Positions 25,546-38,000 of a stretch of 63,685 bases of DNA are shown here, in pieces. The notes beneath the pieces were generated by a model. That model had not been told where the DNA came from. It was given only the letters and a program-made list of their open reading frames with translations, and made no database searches. This stretch comes from Enoplolaimus lenunculus (lineage: Eukaryota). A program made the position numbers and the translations under genes. The stretch spans positions 434,001 to 497,685 of the forward strand of contig JASANG010002859.1 of assembly GCA_030248215.1 (NCBI GenBank). Reading direction: 5' to 3'. The first letter of the stretch is position 1, and every line of letters starts with the position of its first letter.

Positions 25546-28083
25546 GTACCTACGCAGTTTTATATTTATTTCTTGGACCATATTCTCAAATGTGTACAGC
25601 AACTGTTATCAGTTTAGTAATAGGTTTCCAGAAAAGTTTCGTTTGCTTGCAAGTCATTGAAAACCCTTGTATGCCCATCCTGAAAAAATTTTAGCTACCA
25701 GGCAAGGTGAGCTGGCTACGAGCGTGCAAGGCAAGGTGAGCTGGCTACGAGCGTGCAACTGCGTTTCCCTTAGAGTAGATAGCTGTTATACACAAACCGT
25801 AAAGATTAATGTTAAGCCTATACCTAAAGATTTTGCCATATTTTCTACTCAGTAAATTCTCAGATTTTGGTTCAAACTTTTAGACGTGGAGTCAGACAGG
25901 TATAGGCTTAACACTAATCTTAAGCTTTGAACCGGCTGTTTTTGCACTTGTAGTCACTTCCTGATTTTAGAAGCGTTGTTAAGACTGTGGTTTTTTGTAA
26001 AACACGAATTTTGTCGAATCTATCATTGTACATTTGTTCGCTACTTATTTAATTAGACAGATCTGAGTTATAATTACACTGAAAAGCACCTGTCACATAC
26101 CTGAACCTTGCGTAGACTATAATTGTTTGTTGTTGTGAATTTTTTTGCAGTTTTCGGTTAAAATGCCTACTCAGTATCGGATCGAGGGGGCATCACGAAC
26201 GCATAGCCCCTCCACAGGGATCAAAATCAAAACCTTTTGTGTTCAAAATTTACACTCAAAATAAAGTTGTGATATTTAAGAAAAAATTTCTTACATTTAA
26301 CAAATATATACGATCAGCAAAGTGTACTTGAAAAGTATTCCTGTTATATAACAGAAAAGTTTTCAAAAAAGTTTTGAAATAAAGTCTGAAGAGTAACGTT
26401 TTCCAGTTATTTTTTGGAAAATTTTCTGAAATATTTGCAAAACTTTTCAGATTTGCCCCAGAAAACACTTTTCTGAATAAATTCAGAAATACTTTTTTGT
26501 GTGTGCCAAACTTTTCCAGTATTGTATGTTTTACTTTTGCCAATTGCTTTGCAGTGCGGTGGTTTATTTAGTTGTGTTTGAAATTTTGTTGTTTCTAGTT
26601 AACAAATTTCATGTTTACAATTCATTTGAGCTATAACGCAGTTTTCGAAATTTTCAAATTTTGACCTGGTGAGTCAAATTGAATCTCTCCAAAATAGGCT
26701 TTTCCTGACTACACAAACTGAGTCAAAACTCGACTCCGCCAGTGTCAAATTGAGTCAAATTTGACTCAAGCGGAGTTGAATTTTGACTGACAGTTTGTGT
26801 AGTCAGGCAAAGCCTATTTCGCAGAGAGTCAATTTGACTCATCATTTTTGCGGGTGTACGTTTACAAGTTTTAAAGGCAACTCGAACTCGAGCAAATGTT
26901 TTTATTTCGGCACTGAAACAAATGGTTTCGCTTATAAACCGCACGCAATTTTCCACTCAGTTCAATCTTGTAAACTTGAATCATTTAAAATCGATATTAA
27001 AAATAACTCAAACTTTTTCGACGTCTAAAAATCATGCCAAGACTGCATGGGGTGTTTTTTGCCGCAGTTGTTATATTATAAATTTCGAATAAAAGCTATG
27101 TGATTCGCTAGACTACGCCGAGACATAAAAACGTTTAGATACGGCAAAGAACGGCAGTCTGAGGTTAGATTTACATCTAAGACAGGGTTGTTCATGACTA
27201 TTTCTTAGACAGACTAAATATTTTCATGCTGTTTGTTTTCCCAAATGGCGAGTCATGTGTGTCACCCCCCCCTCAATGTGAGGGTTTCCAAGACTCAAGA
27301 AATGCTGAGTGTATCAGTATTTTACGAATATCCGCGCAAATTTTTGTTAGCGAAAAGGTAAACCTAATCTTAGCATTTAAACCTAAATGGTTACTTACTC
27401 CTAAGATTCCGTATCCTTGAATTGTGTGAGACATCCATTGGGTGTAGGGGCTCCGCCAATGTGGGGGGTATGGAAGCCGATACGCACGGACTGTTTTGCC
27501 ATACAGTGCATCGAACCGAAATCGCCTTTGGTACACTTTTTCCCGCCATTCAAGGTTACTGTGTGACCCGAATAAGAGGGGTAATAAGAGGATTCCCCAT
27601 TTTGAGTCCCAATCAATAGAATCCATATCTGTAAACCATGCATTATCGCTCAAGCTTTTGACTACAACACAAATAAACGTTTAATCAATGAATAATAGCA
27701 GTAGTACTTCAAATATCAGTATGTCCTATCAATTGAAGCTAGAAAAATTCAATTTCAACCCACTTGAACTTTTAAACTCTGTATCCATTACCTACCTGTC
27801 GCAACCTATTTTACATGATACCCCCCTCAGTTGCTGTGAAAGTTGCACAAATTTCTAAGCTAATGGTTATAAACGTATCTAACCCTTTATTTTGAACGAA
27901 TTGGCGGTAGCTATTCTAACTCTAAATTTAAAATATTGCGCAAGATCATATCTTACAGATCTGCAAGCATAAACAAACCTAAGTAGCAGAAAATATTAAA
28001 CAAAATATAAAAAATGTAACACAAATGTAATAAAAAAGAGAACACGGACATTGACTAATAAATTATTAGAAAACAAGCCAGCA

Positions 28084-28757
28084 TATATGTCGTAGACCAA
28101 GTCGTAATTCCGCCCAATTTCGCATTGGGTTAGTCTAAAGCGGAATTACGAGTTAGGCTAGGCTAAGGCCAGTGGCAGATCCAGGATCTCAAAATGGGGG
28201 GGCAAAATTTCACAGGTAATAAACTTATTTTTGACCCATACTGTAGTGACTCAAATAAGAGGGGGGCCATTTTGAGTCCCAATTAATAGGATCCGTATCC
28301 ATAATAAGAATTCGTAAGCGGGTAGAGTCCTTAAACCCTTGTTTAGAGTACATAAATGTCTTTTATCCTTAATTGTACCACATAAATGACTCCAGGGCCA
28401 AGAAACTTTAAAGCGTGCTTATACTATTGTGTATAAAACAGAGAAATAAACAGCGTAGAATAGCAATTGACACTATATAATTTTTCTCGAGATGCTGTTG
28501 GGGGGGCACGGTCGGGGTGGCCGCCCCATGGATCCGTAGCCAACAAGTATTTAACGATAATACTTAGCCAATGAGAAAAGAATATTCGTATCAGCTAGTC
28601 GTATTTGAGTATGACATTAAAGTATAACCAATCCCAAAGCGTGCACTTGTAACAGAGAAAGAATTACGCCGTAGGCTAGCGCAAGTCATATAATTCCGCA
28701 CTGGACTAGCCCAATTTGGAATTGTGTCTGAATTACGGCTTGACCTACGACATATAT
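28084..28757. mobile_element. MITE family H with nested insertion
   Basis: TATATGTCGTAG(A/C)CCAAGTCGTAATT...AATTACG.CTTG.CCTACGACATATA; copies ~37365-37683 and ~43299-43680; interrupted at ~28169-28540. Confidence 0.7.
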
Positions 28758-29203
28758 ACATTTAGTCATAAGCATATATTTTACAGAGGTATTAGCTTTG
28801 TAAATATAATTTTATATAAGTTTGAAATTATATACTAATTATACACTGCGTTCAATATCAATTCAGTATCTTATTCACAGCAAAGAATGCCAAAATAGAT
28901 TGCAAAAATATGACAATGGGTACAAAACTTTGTTTGTGTATCACTCTACTCACGTGGATATAACGTTGCATACTTGGATGTTTTCACCGGGAATTGAGAA
29001 ATAATTTAGGGGTTCAAAAAATTGAATCAATATCCGTATTTTAATATCCGGTTCACTGCCAGCTGCGAAACTATGCTGCCGGGTACTACACTCCGAACGT
29101 CTGGCTACTTTCTACTTCGAATATTTTAAACAGACGTTCGGTTTATAAATTTTTGTTAGGCTTTGGTTTAGGCTTAGGCTTAATAGTAGCACTTGTAGAT
29201 AAT

Positions 29204-29568
29204 GGCTGGGTTTCTGAAGTCCTACTTAACTATTTACTTAAGTTTTACTTAAGTAATTACTTAAGTCGCCGACTTAAGTAATTACTTAAGTCGCCGACTT
29301 AAGTAAATACGTAAATTTTCGAGCAAAAACAAATAAACGCCAAAAATGTCAGCCATTGTCATAACAAGAAAGTAATAGTTTTGTTTTTACTGAGGACAGA
29401 TCAACAGTCTTTAATTTCAATTTGACCAAGGAGACAAGAAAAAATTAGTCAGTGACATAAGTATTTACTTTAACTTAAGTACGCTCTTAAAAACGACAAA
29501 ATGGTTAAGTAATTAACACGAACTTAAGTACTAAAGTCGTACTTAGGTAGGGTTTTGGAAACCCAGCC
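29204..29568. mobile_element. MITE family C (GGCTGG...CCAGCC ends, TTAAGT-rich)
   Basis: TIR GGCTGGGTTTC/GAAACCCAGCC; inverted copy at 35634-35965. Confidence 0.7.
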
Positions 29569-29603
29569 AATATGGGCCAAATCTGTAACTGGTTTTAGCT
29601 GAC

Positions 29604-32600
29604 ATGACAAATTCAGTATCAGACTCGCAAACCAACGGCCAAGAGCTGTCTGAAGTCGAGAAACAGCACTTACAAGAAGACCTCTATAAGGTAAAATAAG
29701 GCTCAGAATTTGGAAAAAGTTTAGATATGCGTAAGTTTTTGCCTGTAGCCTAAGCCTTAACCTTATATGTTGGGGGAAGTGTACAAGGACCTTACTGTTT
29801 TATGGACCCATCATAAAACTGGACGCCACTTAAAGTAACATGGGCCGAAAAGTTTGTCGGAACAAAAAACTTACGGTCAAAGGCCCATTTAAACATCAGG
29901 GGCGAAACGTTTTTCTGTAAGACTAGAATAGAGTAAGCTTAAAGCTTAGACTATTTTTTTTGCTTGGCTTACACTTAGGAATATGCTCATTCTTACGCTT
30001 AGGCTTACGCTGAGGCTTAGGTTTAGGAATATGCTTATAATACTGTACCACCAATGTTCTTTACATTGACCCGATCAAATCCACTAGTCACCTCCGTTTA
30101 TGACCTTAATAATTAAGCCTATAATTAATTTGAAAATTATAAAAACGAATAAAAATTACAGCTCGAAGATGAGGTTGGTACACTGAAACAGGTGCTCACA
30201 TCGCGTATCAATCAAATTAACACCATCCGTCGGCAACTCAACCTAGGACCATACGATGATGAAAGTCAAAACGGACCAACTGCGCTGATGAACGTCAAAG
30301 ATAGTCATGCGTAAGTGGGCCAATGTATAGAATAGGGCCGGAGCAATAGTATAAGCATATTCCTAAGCCTAAGCCTAAGCCTAAGCCTAAGCCTAAGCGT
30401 AGGAATGAGCCTATACTTAAGCCTAGGCCTAGGCCTAAGCCTAAGCGTAAAGAATAAGCCTATACCTAAGCCTTAGCCTAAGCCTAAGCCTAAGTGTAAG
30501 CCTATTAGCCTAAGCTAAAAATAATATAAAGCTTAAGCTTACTCTATTACAGTCCCGCCGGGAAACATTCGAGCCCTGTTCTATACATTGGCCCGTAAGT
30601 GATTTCAAGAACAAAATAACAGTTTCAGAAGAAAACAATTTTAAACATCAAATTCGAACAAACTAATATAGAATGACTAGACCCTGGCAGTTAATATTTG
30701 TCGGTAACACACAGCGCCGGAGCAGGCAGGAGGCGGGGGCTCCCCCCAAATTCCAGGGTGGAGGACCCAAACTCGCGAGCGAGAAGCCAGACGCATTTTA
30801 AAACTTACGCGGTTTTTGTTTCAACCGATTAGGGTGGGGGACACTTTAGGGGGCATCCCAAATGGTAGGCCCATGTATAGAACAGGGCCGGATTGTTTTC
30901 CGGAGGGGCTTAGGCTTAGGCTTAGGAATAGGCTCATCCATACGCTTAGGCTTAGCATTAGGCTTAGGCTAAGGCTTAGGAATATGTATCTACCACTGTT
31001 CCGGTCCTGTTCTATACATGGACCCTGAGGGGTACGGGGAATGGCTGTTCCGGCCATGGTGACAGACAAAAAATTACGAATTAAAAATGTAAACCAGTTG
31101 AAATGATCATTACGTCCTCGTTTAAGAACTACTGGACTTTACAGTGGTCTCGTAATAGAGTGTGTTAAAACGAAGTCGGGCCTTACTCAGACTAAGACAT
31201 TTTTTGCAGTAGCGCGTGCAGTATAATGTGGATGTTGCATTACGTCGATTTTGTTATAGATTCCAAGCGACCGAGAAAATGTTACAACAAGTCGGCGAAA
31301 AAACATCAGCAACACTGAACGAAGTTGGCAAAAAAATTTACGAAATCAAGTAAATGTATTAAATTTAACACAATTTACAATCACCAATTTTGTTTCTAAA
31401 TATTTCTTCACCAGCTAATGTGTTTTTACAACTCAGGAATTCTTTCCTTATAAAGCTATGGACCAGGTATACTCATCGCGAAACTCCTCGTGTGAATATT
31501 CCATTGGAAGCATATAATTTGACCATTGAATTGATCTGTAATAATAAATTCGAAATTTTCAAAAAAACATAACTTAAAATTATAATTTCTGTTCAACATA
31601 CAGCCGAACGTGGTAAATCACAGTTTTATCTCTAAAAAAGATAGACTCCAGCATGCCTGTAGCCAGCTTACCATGCTAGGGGGCTAAAAATTGTTTTAGG
31701 ACGGGCATTCAAGGGTTTTTAGCGACTTGCAAGCGAGGTTTAAAATTTTATAGACGTCAAAAAAGGGGATGAGTCCTGCCCCCCTTGGATACGGGCTCGG
31801 ACTCTAGTCGTATTGCAATGTAACCATTGTGCTGCAAACAGTACTGAAGTTTTTACAAGCTCATTACTTCACTTTGCACTGATTAATAATCGTCATGCCA
31901 AAATGTACCATTCAAAGTTTCAGTTTCAACTATAAAATCGTTTAATTTGTGAAAACATAGAAAACGAATTGGCCCATGTATAGAACAGGGCCGTAACAGT
32001 AGTATAAGCATATTCCTAAGCTTAAGCCTAAGCTTAAGCCTAAGCTTAAGCCTAAGCTTAAGCCTAAACCTATGACTGTAAGTTTAAGCAAAAAAAATCG
32101 TCTAAAGCTTAAACTGACTGTATTATAGCCCATCCGGAAAACGATCCGGCCCTGTTCTATACATGAGCCAACGAATTTAAACCATTTTATCCGTTCAAAA
32201 ACATTTTAGAAAATCACCTTCGTTCAAAACGTTCGAAGAAAAAGTTGGCGCAACCTATACTGCAGTCAAAGTGAGTGTATGTTTATCTTGGCCAATGCGC
32301 CCATGTTACTTTAAGGGGCGTCCTAGGCTTAGGCTTAGGAACACATTCTTGCAACGCTTAGGCTTAGGCTTAGGAACACATTCTTGCAACGCTTAGGCTT
32401 AGGCTTAGGAACACATTCTTGCAACGCTTAGGCTTAGGAACACATTCTTGCAACGCTTAGGCTTAGGAACACATTCTTGCAACGCTTAGGCTTAGGAACA
32501 CATTCTTGCAACGCTTAGGCTTAGGCTTAGGAACACATTCTTGCAACGCTTAGGCTTAGGCTTAGGAACACATTCTTGCAACGCTTAGGCTTAGGTTTAG

Positions 32601-33180
32601 GGTTAGGTATACGCTTAATCTACAGTTACGGCCCTTAAAGAAACATTGGCCGGCCAATGTATAGAATAGGGCCGGTAATGTGCTTTAGTTCCCGTAGGTA
32701 TACAATTTGAACAGGCAGTATACGTTCCTTCCAAAACCTTTTATTCCTGGCAGTACGTTTTTTGAATACATTTCTGTTCACTTTCCAATTCTTTGCTACA
32801 TCGTGTACGTTGGTTTCAAAAAATGTATTGCATATATATGTTGTCTCTTGTTTGTATATGAAACATTTATTACAACTGAAATGCTGCCTAAAATACGTAT
32901 GTGTGCCGTTCCAGCTTTTATAATATAGATAGGGACTTGCACACTGAGTCGAACTTGACTCTGGCGCAGTCAAATTTTGACTCAGTTTGTATAGTCAGCA
33001 AAAGCCTATTTCGGAGAGTGTCAATTTGATTCACCATTTTTTGCAGTGTACCGAAAAATGTTTCCATTGCAATTGTAGGCAAAAATTGCTGCATCAACTT
33101 CAAGTGATCTTCTCAGTGCATCAGCAGAAATGCCCGCCGATCTCGATCGTAACGAGTTAATTCTAAAAGACGAAATTTAA
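29604..33180 (+). CDS. TPD52: Tumor protein D52 family protein (162 aa, 5 exons)
   Basis: Exons 29604-29690, 30162-30310, 31260-31349, 32210-32270 and 33079-33180, all AG/GT and in phase. Translation LSEVEKQHLQEDLYKLEDEVGTLKQVL...AFQATEKMLQQVGEKTSA...KSPSFKTFEEKV matches D52 motifs (EEEIQTLxQVL; SPTFKSFEEKV). An upstream exon cannot be excluded. Confidence 0.88.
29882..30071. mobile_element. TTAGGC-carrying MITE family A variant
   Basis: GGCCCATTTAAACATCAGGGGCG...CTTTACATTGACC; TSD CGGTCAAA/CGATCAAA. Confidence 0.75.
30318..30593. mobile_element. TTAGGC-carrying MITE family A
   Basis: TIR GGCCAATGTATAGAATAGGGC / GCCCTGTTCTATACATTGGCC; perfect TSD CGTAAGTG. Confidence 0.85.
30868..31024. mobile_element. 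TTAGGC-carrying MITE family A, nested in another dispersed repeat
   Basis: TIRs present; host repeat (GCGAGAAGCCAGACG..AAAACTTA.GCGG) also at ~20710-20850 and inverted at ~54490-54600. Confidence 0.7.
31971..32169. mobile_element. TTAGGC-carrying MITE family A
   Basis: TIR GGCCCATGTATAGAACAGGGCCG / CGGCCCTGTTCTATACATGAGCC; perfect TSD AACGAATT. Confidence 0.85.
32298..32651. mobile_element. TTAGGC-carrying MITE family B with internal minisatellite
   Basis: TIR core CCATGTTACTTTAAGGG; TSD GGCCAATG; 8 units of (TTAGGC)1-2-TTAGGAACACATTCTTGCAACGC. Confidence 0.8.
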
Positions 33181-33247
33181 CAATGCGCTGTTCATCAAAA
33201 AATTTATTTTTCAACGATTATGTTTCTATGTAGAAATATAAATGACT

Positions 33248-33506
33248 CTACCATGTTACTTTAAGGGGCGTCCAGGTCTCCGAAGGGTCTGTAAAAGTGT
33301 AGGTTTAGATTCTAGATTACATTTTTGGCTTAGGCTAGGCTTATGTGTAAGCTTAAGAACACATTTTTGAAATGCCTAGGCTTAGTCTTAGGAACGCATT
33401 CTTGCAACGCATAGGCTTAGGCTTAGGAACACATTCTTGTAACGATTAGGCTTAGGCTTAGGAATGCGTTTAATCTAGTGTTACGCCCCTTAAAGTAACA
33501 TTGGCC
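33248..33506. mobile_element. TTAGGC-carrying MITE family B
   Basis: CCATGTTACTTTAAGGGGCGT...ACGCCCCTTAAAGTAACATTGGCC; 21-bp flanking duplication. Confidence 0.75.
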
Positions 33507-33810
33507 TATGTAGAAATAAAAATGACTATTAACAAAGACGACACAAACGAACGAAGAGAAACAAGTTTAAACATTAATTATATGCCTGTTAGCTTTTGGG
33601 GTCGTCCCGTTTTTCGCGTATCCACAACAGAGTAAGGTTATGCTTTACACTAATTATTACGCTTCAGCACTAGACTTATCTTGACGCCGACGGTTAGGCA
33701 TACGCTCAGAAAGAGACTGACGCAAACGATACATCCCTAAACTTAAAACCGACCCCATCAACCAAATACTAAACAATCATAGTGTTTATTAATTAATTAT
33801 AGTTTGAGTA

Positions 33811-34340
33811 CTGCAGTGACCCGAATAAGAGGGGGGACTGATATTTATTTGGCCTCTCCAGAGGGTACACCCCTTGTTATTCGGTTACGGACTGTTATTT
33901 ATTTTTAACCCACGCTCCGCCGCCCTTCGTTACTCATATATATCCGGTACTGCAATTACCTGTTGAATTAAACGTTTATTTGTCTTGTGTCAATAGCTTG
34001 AGCAAGAATACAAGGTTATACTTATGAATGTACTTTTAAATTTAAGTACGCTTTAAAGTTTCGAACTCAAATTATTTGGTCCTGGAGTCATTTATGCGCT
34101 ACAATTAGGGCTAATTGACATTTATGGACTCTAATTAGGATTTAGCGGCTCTACCTGCTTACGGACTCTTATTAGGGATACGGACTCCTATTGATTTCGA
34201 CTCAAAATGAGGACTCCTATTGATTTCGACTTAAAATGGGGACTTCTATTGATTTCGACTCAAAATGGGGACTCCTATTGATTTCGACTCAATATGGGGA
34301 CCCCCCTCTTATTACCCCCCTGTTATTCGGATCAATACAG
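33811..34340. mobile_element. MITE family F (TA TSD, Tc1/mariner-like)
   Basis: TA-CTGCAGTGACCCGAATAA...TTATTCGGATCAATACAG-TA; inverted copy 54086-54461; fragments ~6700-7050, ~10975-11050, ~22130-22520, ~27557-27690 and ~28240-28420. Confidence 0.75.
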
Positions 34341-34415
34341 TATAAAATTTTGCGTCACTGAACAGTTACGCAAAGTTACGCTTTACAATAATCATTATGC
34401 TTCGGCGAACTTTTT

Positions 34416-34593
34416 GACAAATCCTTACACTCAAAGTCAGACATATATTTAGCATGAGCGACAAATCCTTACACTCAAAGTCAGACATATATTTAGCATG
34501 AGCGACAAATCCTTACACTCAAAGTGAGACATATATTTAGCATGAGCGACAAATCTTTACACTCAAAGTCAGACATACATTTTAGCATGAGCG
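34416..34593. repeat. 44-bp tandem repeat x4
   Basis: GACAAATCCTTACACTCAAAGTCAGACATATATTTAGCATGAGC. Confidence 0.9.
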
Positions 34594-34885
34594 TACGATT
34601 TTATAAAGGGCGGTTTAAGTTCTATAAAAATTTCTCAGAGGAAGATTTCTAGCAAACTTGTACCGTGTCTGCAACGACTGAACCAAAATACAAAACGCGA
34701 GTTTTACCAAATGATCATTTCCCGTTCAAGATACGTCCTTGATGCCACAACTGGCTTGAGCCACAATTAGTACACATTTACCCTAAGCGAACACAGCCTG
34801 ATAATAAAATATGCGATAAGAAGTATTGCGATAATTGTAAAACAAGAAGATACGTCAGTACTGACACTTTAAATATGGTCTTCGG

Positions 34886-35060
34886 TGTCCATGTATAGAA
34901 CAGGGCCGGATCGTTTTCCGGATGGGCTATAATAGAGTCCGTTTAAGCTTTAGACTATTTTTTTGCTTAGGTTTAGGCTTAGGCTAGGCTTAGGAATACG
35001 CTCATCCATACGCTTAGGCTTAGGCTCAGGCTTAGGAATGCCCTGTTCTATATATGGGCC
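34886..35060. mobile_element. TTAGGC-carrying MITE family A
   Basis: CCATGTATAGAACAGGGC...GCCCTGTTCTATATATGGGCC; lies ~27 bp past the SLC17 stop codon. Confidence 0.75.
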
Positions 35061-35087
35061 CTTTAAATATGGTCTAAATTTTTTTAT

Positions 35088-38000
35088 TCAATATTTAAGA
35101 TTACAATTATTTACAATATTGTCATTAATCCCATCATTTACAGGTACGAGTTCTATCAGTTGGTCCGTTTTCTGCGGCGATTTTGCCCAATCTTGAATGG
35201 TCACTGAAACATTCGTATCAATAATTAACCGTTTCTCACATGAATATTTTCTATTTCATCTTGGATCAACTTTTTTCAAACTTGAATCGCAACCCCGGTC
35301 TCTCGAGTAGGAGACGATTATCGTAAACACTCAGCCATACCTGGTTGACGTTCGACACTGCGTCCGGGTAATTTTGCACTATTCATATGTGTCGCGTATT
35401 AATTGCTAAACAGTACGCATTGCATTTGTGCATTATTTTGCGTACAAATTTTGCGCAAAGTTGATAATAGTATACTCTATGTTCGAAGGGTTATCACAAT
35501 CAGCCATATTCATACCATTGGCTTAAAATTAAACCGTAAATGTATTCTACTGTATCTAAGATAAATTACAATGAATTAAAGCATTGTAAAGCAACTCAAA
35601 CCGAAACAACAGCAACAACAACAATTACACAATGGCTGGATCTCCAAAACCCTACAAGTATGACTTCGTACTTACGTATGTGTTAAGCGTACTTATGTTA
35701 CATAAATACTTAAGTCGCTGACTAAATTTGATAGATTACAAATTTACCATTCAAGCATGCTAAACTTAGTCAAATTGAAAGAGCAGACTATTCATCCTTC
35801 CTCAATATAAAGCAAAACTATTACTTTCTTGTTATGACAATGGCTGACATCTGGCGTTTATTTGTTAATGCTCGAAAATTTAAGTATTTACTTAAATCGG
35901 CGACTTAAGTAATTACATGCGAATAACTGAAGTAAATACTTAAGTAAGATTTCAGAAACGCAGCCATTGTCACTTACCTGAAGCAAACAAAAGAAAAACT
36001 AAACCGGCAACAAGGACTAGAGCAGCATCAATGCTAAAAACAATTTGCCATTCTTCTCGTGTTCGCTGAAATATTAAAATAAAAATTTACCAGTCAACGT
36101 GGTTGCAAATTCTCCAATCCAGAAAAATATACCCGTTCGCTTAAACGAGAACAAAGCCATTTAAACAACAAAAATTTGTGTTCTGTCTTATAGGACGTTT
36201 GCATAGATCTAAATATATCTGTTCTATAGAACTAACAACGCAACAATGCATAGAATTCATTTATTAAAGACTAGTCTGCCAGCTTTGCGCAATGCACAAA
36301 AGTTAGCGAAAGCACAAAAATTTTTTTGCAAATTTTCTTTTCACAGAACAATCACGTGTATTTCTAACGAAATTATTGCAAACAAAGTGAATGCTGGAAA
36401 GTTGCCCAAAATACGTATGTGGGGCGTTCCAGCTTTAATATTTAGATTTGTACATAAAAATCAACGCTGCCGAAAACACGTATGTGGGGCGTTCAAACCC
36501 TTGTTAAACTAATCGATTTGCTGGAATAATAACTTATTGACAAAACTATTTATATACTAACAGCAGTATTGTCAAAGCTGTTATTACTAAAATTCTGTTA
36601 TCATGGATTAAAAACAATTAAAGCTACCACAATTTTGATTTCCTCACTCAAGCAGACATCAACGACACCAGGGGTTAGTATCAGCTTATCGCACGCTGGC
36701 AAAAAACTTTTATATGACGTAATATCTCCCAAAACAATGACGTAATACCGCCCAAAACAATGACGTAATACCTCCCAAAACAATGACGTAATACCTCCCA
36801 AAACAATGACGTAATACCTCCCAAAACAATGACGTAATACCTCACAAAACAATGACGTAATACCTCGCCAAACAATGACGTAATACCTCCCAAAACAAAA
36901 ATCCTGGCTACACCCTTTATTAACCCCATACGTACCTTACGAACAATATATCCAACCAAATATGGCAATACGCATCCACCAAGCATCGACACTAACGCAC
37001 TCATAGATCGAATTGTACCCGAAAATTGTGGTGCAATTGCAATTATGCTTGTCATAAAACCTGGCGTTTGACCAGCCATTGCCGATAACGAAATACACAT
37101 CAGTATCACAGCCAATAGTCTATGCGAGCACGATAAAAATGAGCAAGCGATCAGAAATATAGCAGCTACCAAACAAGCTGTAACAATAATTTTTTCACTG
37201 TTGCTATTAACCCATTCAGTAACATAAACTTGCAAAATCCAATTAAAAATAAGGTTTAAAATTAAATTTTTTGAACATTTTCAGAATAAAATATAGAGCA
37301 AGTTTTATAATCCCGGACCGGATGTCTATTTATTTGCCGGAGCCGATATCCGGTTGAATCCTAGTATGTGACTTGTGCTAGCCCAAGACGGAATCATAAC
37401 AGATCAATCTGTGCGTGTAATAATTGGTTACTTAATAGTCGTAATCCTGCTTGATTCCCCTTTGCTCAAACTGTTACGTAGACAATAGGTGGCGATTATT
37501 TTTCCAACCAGAAAAAAGTATTCGCATCAACCAATCGTATTTGAGTGTGGCATTTAACCAATCACAAGCATACACTTGTCGCATAAAAAGAATTACACCG
37601 TAGGCTAGCCCATGTCATAAGTACGCTCTGTGCTAGCCCAATTCGGAATTTGGCTAAATTACGACTTGGGCTACAACATATATACCGTTTGAATACTCCT
37701 GTTGAACCTATCGACGTACGTAAAAACTTAAAGTTTTAAGTCGTCAAATTAAGCATTAAAATTCGTATCAAATTTTAAATTTTAAAAACAAAATTTTAAA
37801 ATCCTGATGCTTCGTGTTTAATTCTGCCAATGAGATATTTTCAACTTCTGGGTTCGTTTGAAAGTTTACTTATAATAGTCATTTTAACCCTGGCTGCAAC
37901 TTAAAAGTGCAATTGAATAAATTTTCACACTCGAAACTCGAGTTCAAATTACTAAGCCTATTTGTACCGGTTGATATGTGCCATGGGCATATCCAGCGGA

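Noticed and set aside
32330..32600. CRISPR-like repeat/spacer appearance (also 42075-42700 and 48037-48450)
   Set aside because: The spacers are identical rather than unique, the context is eukaryotic and there are no cas genes.
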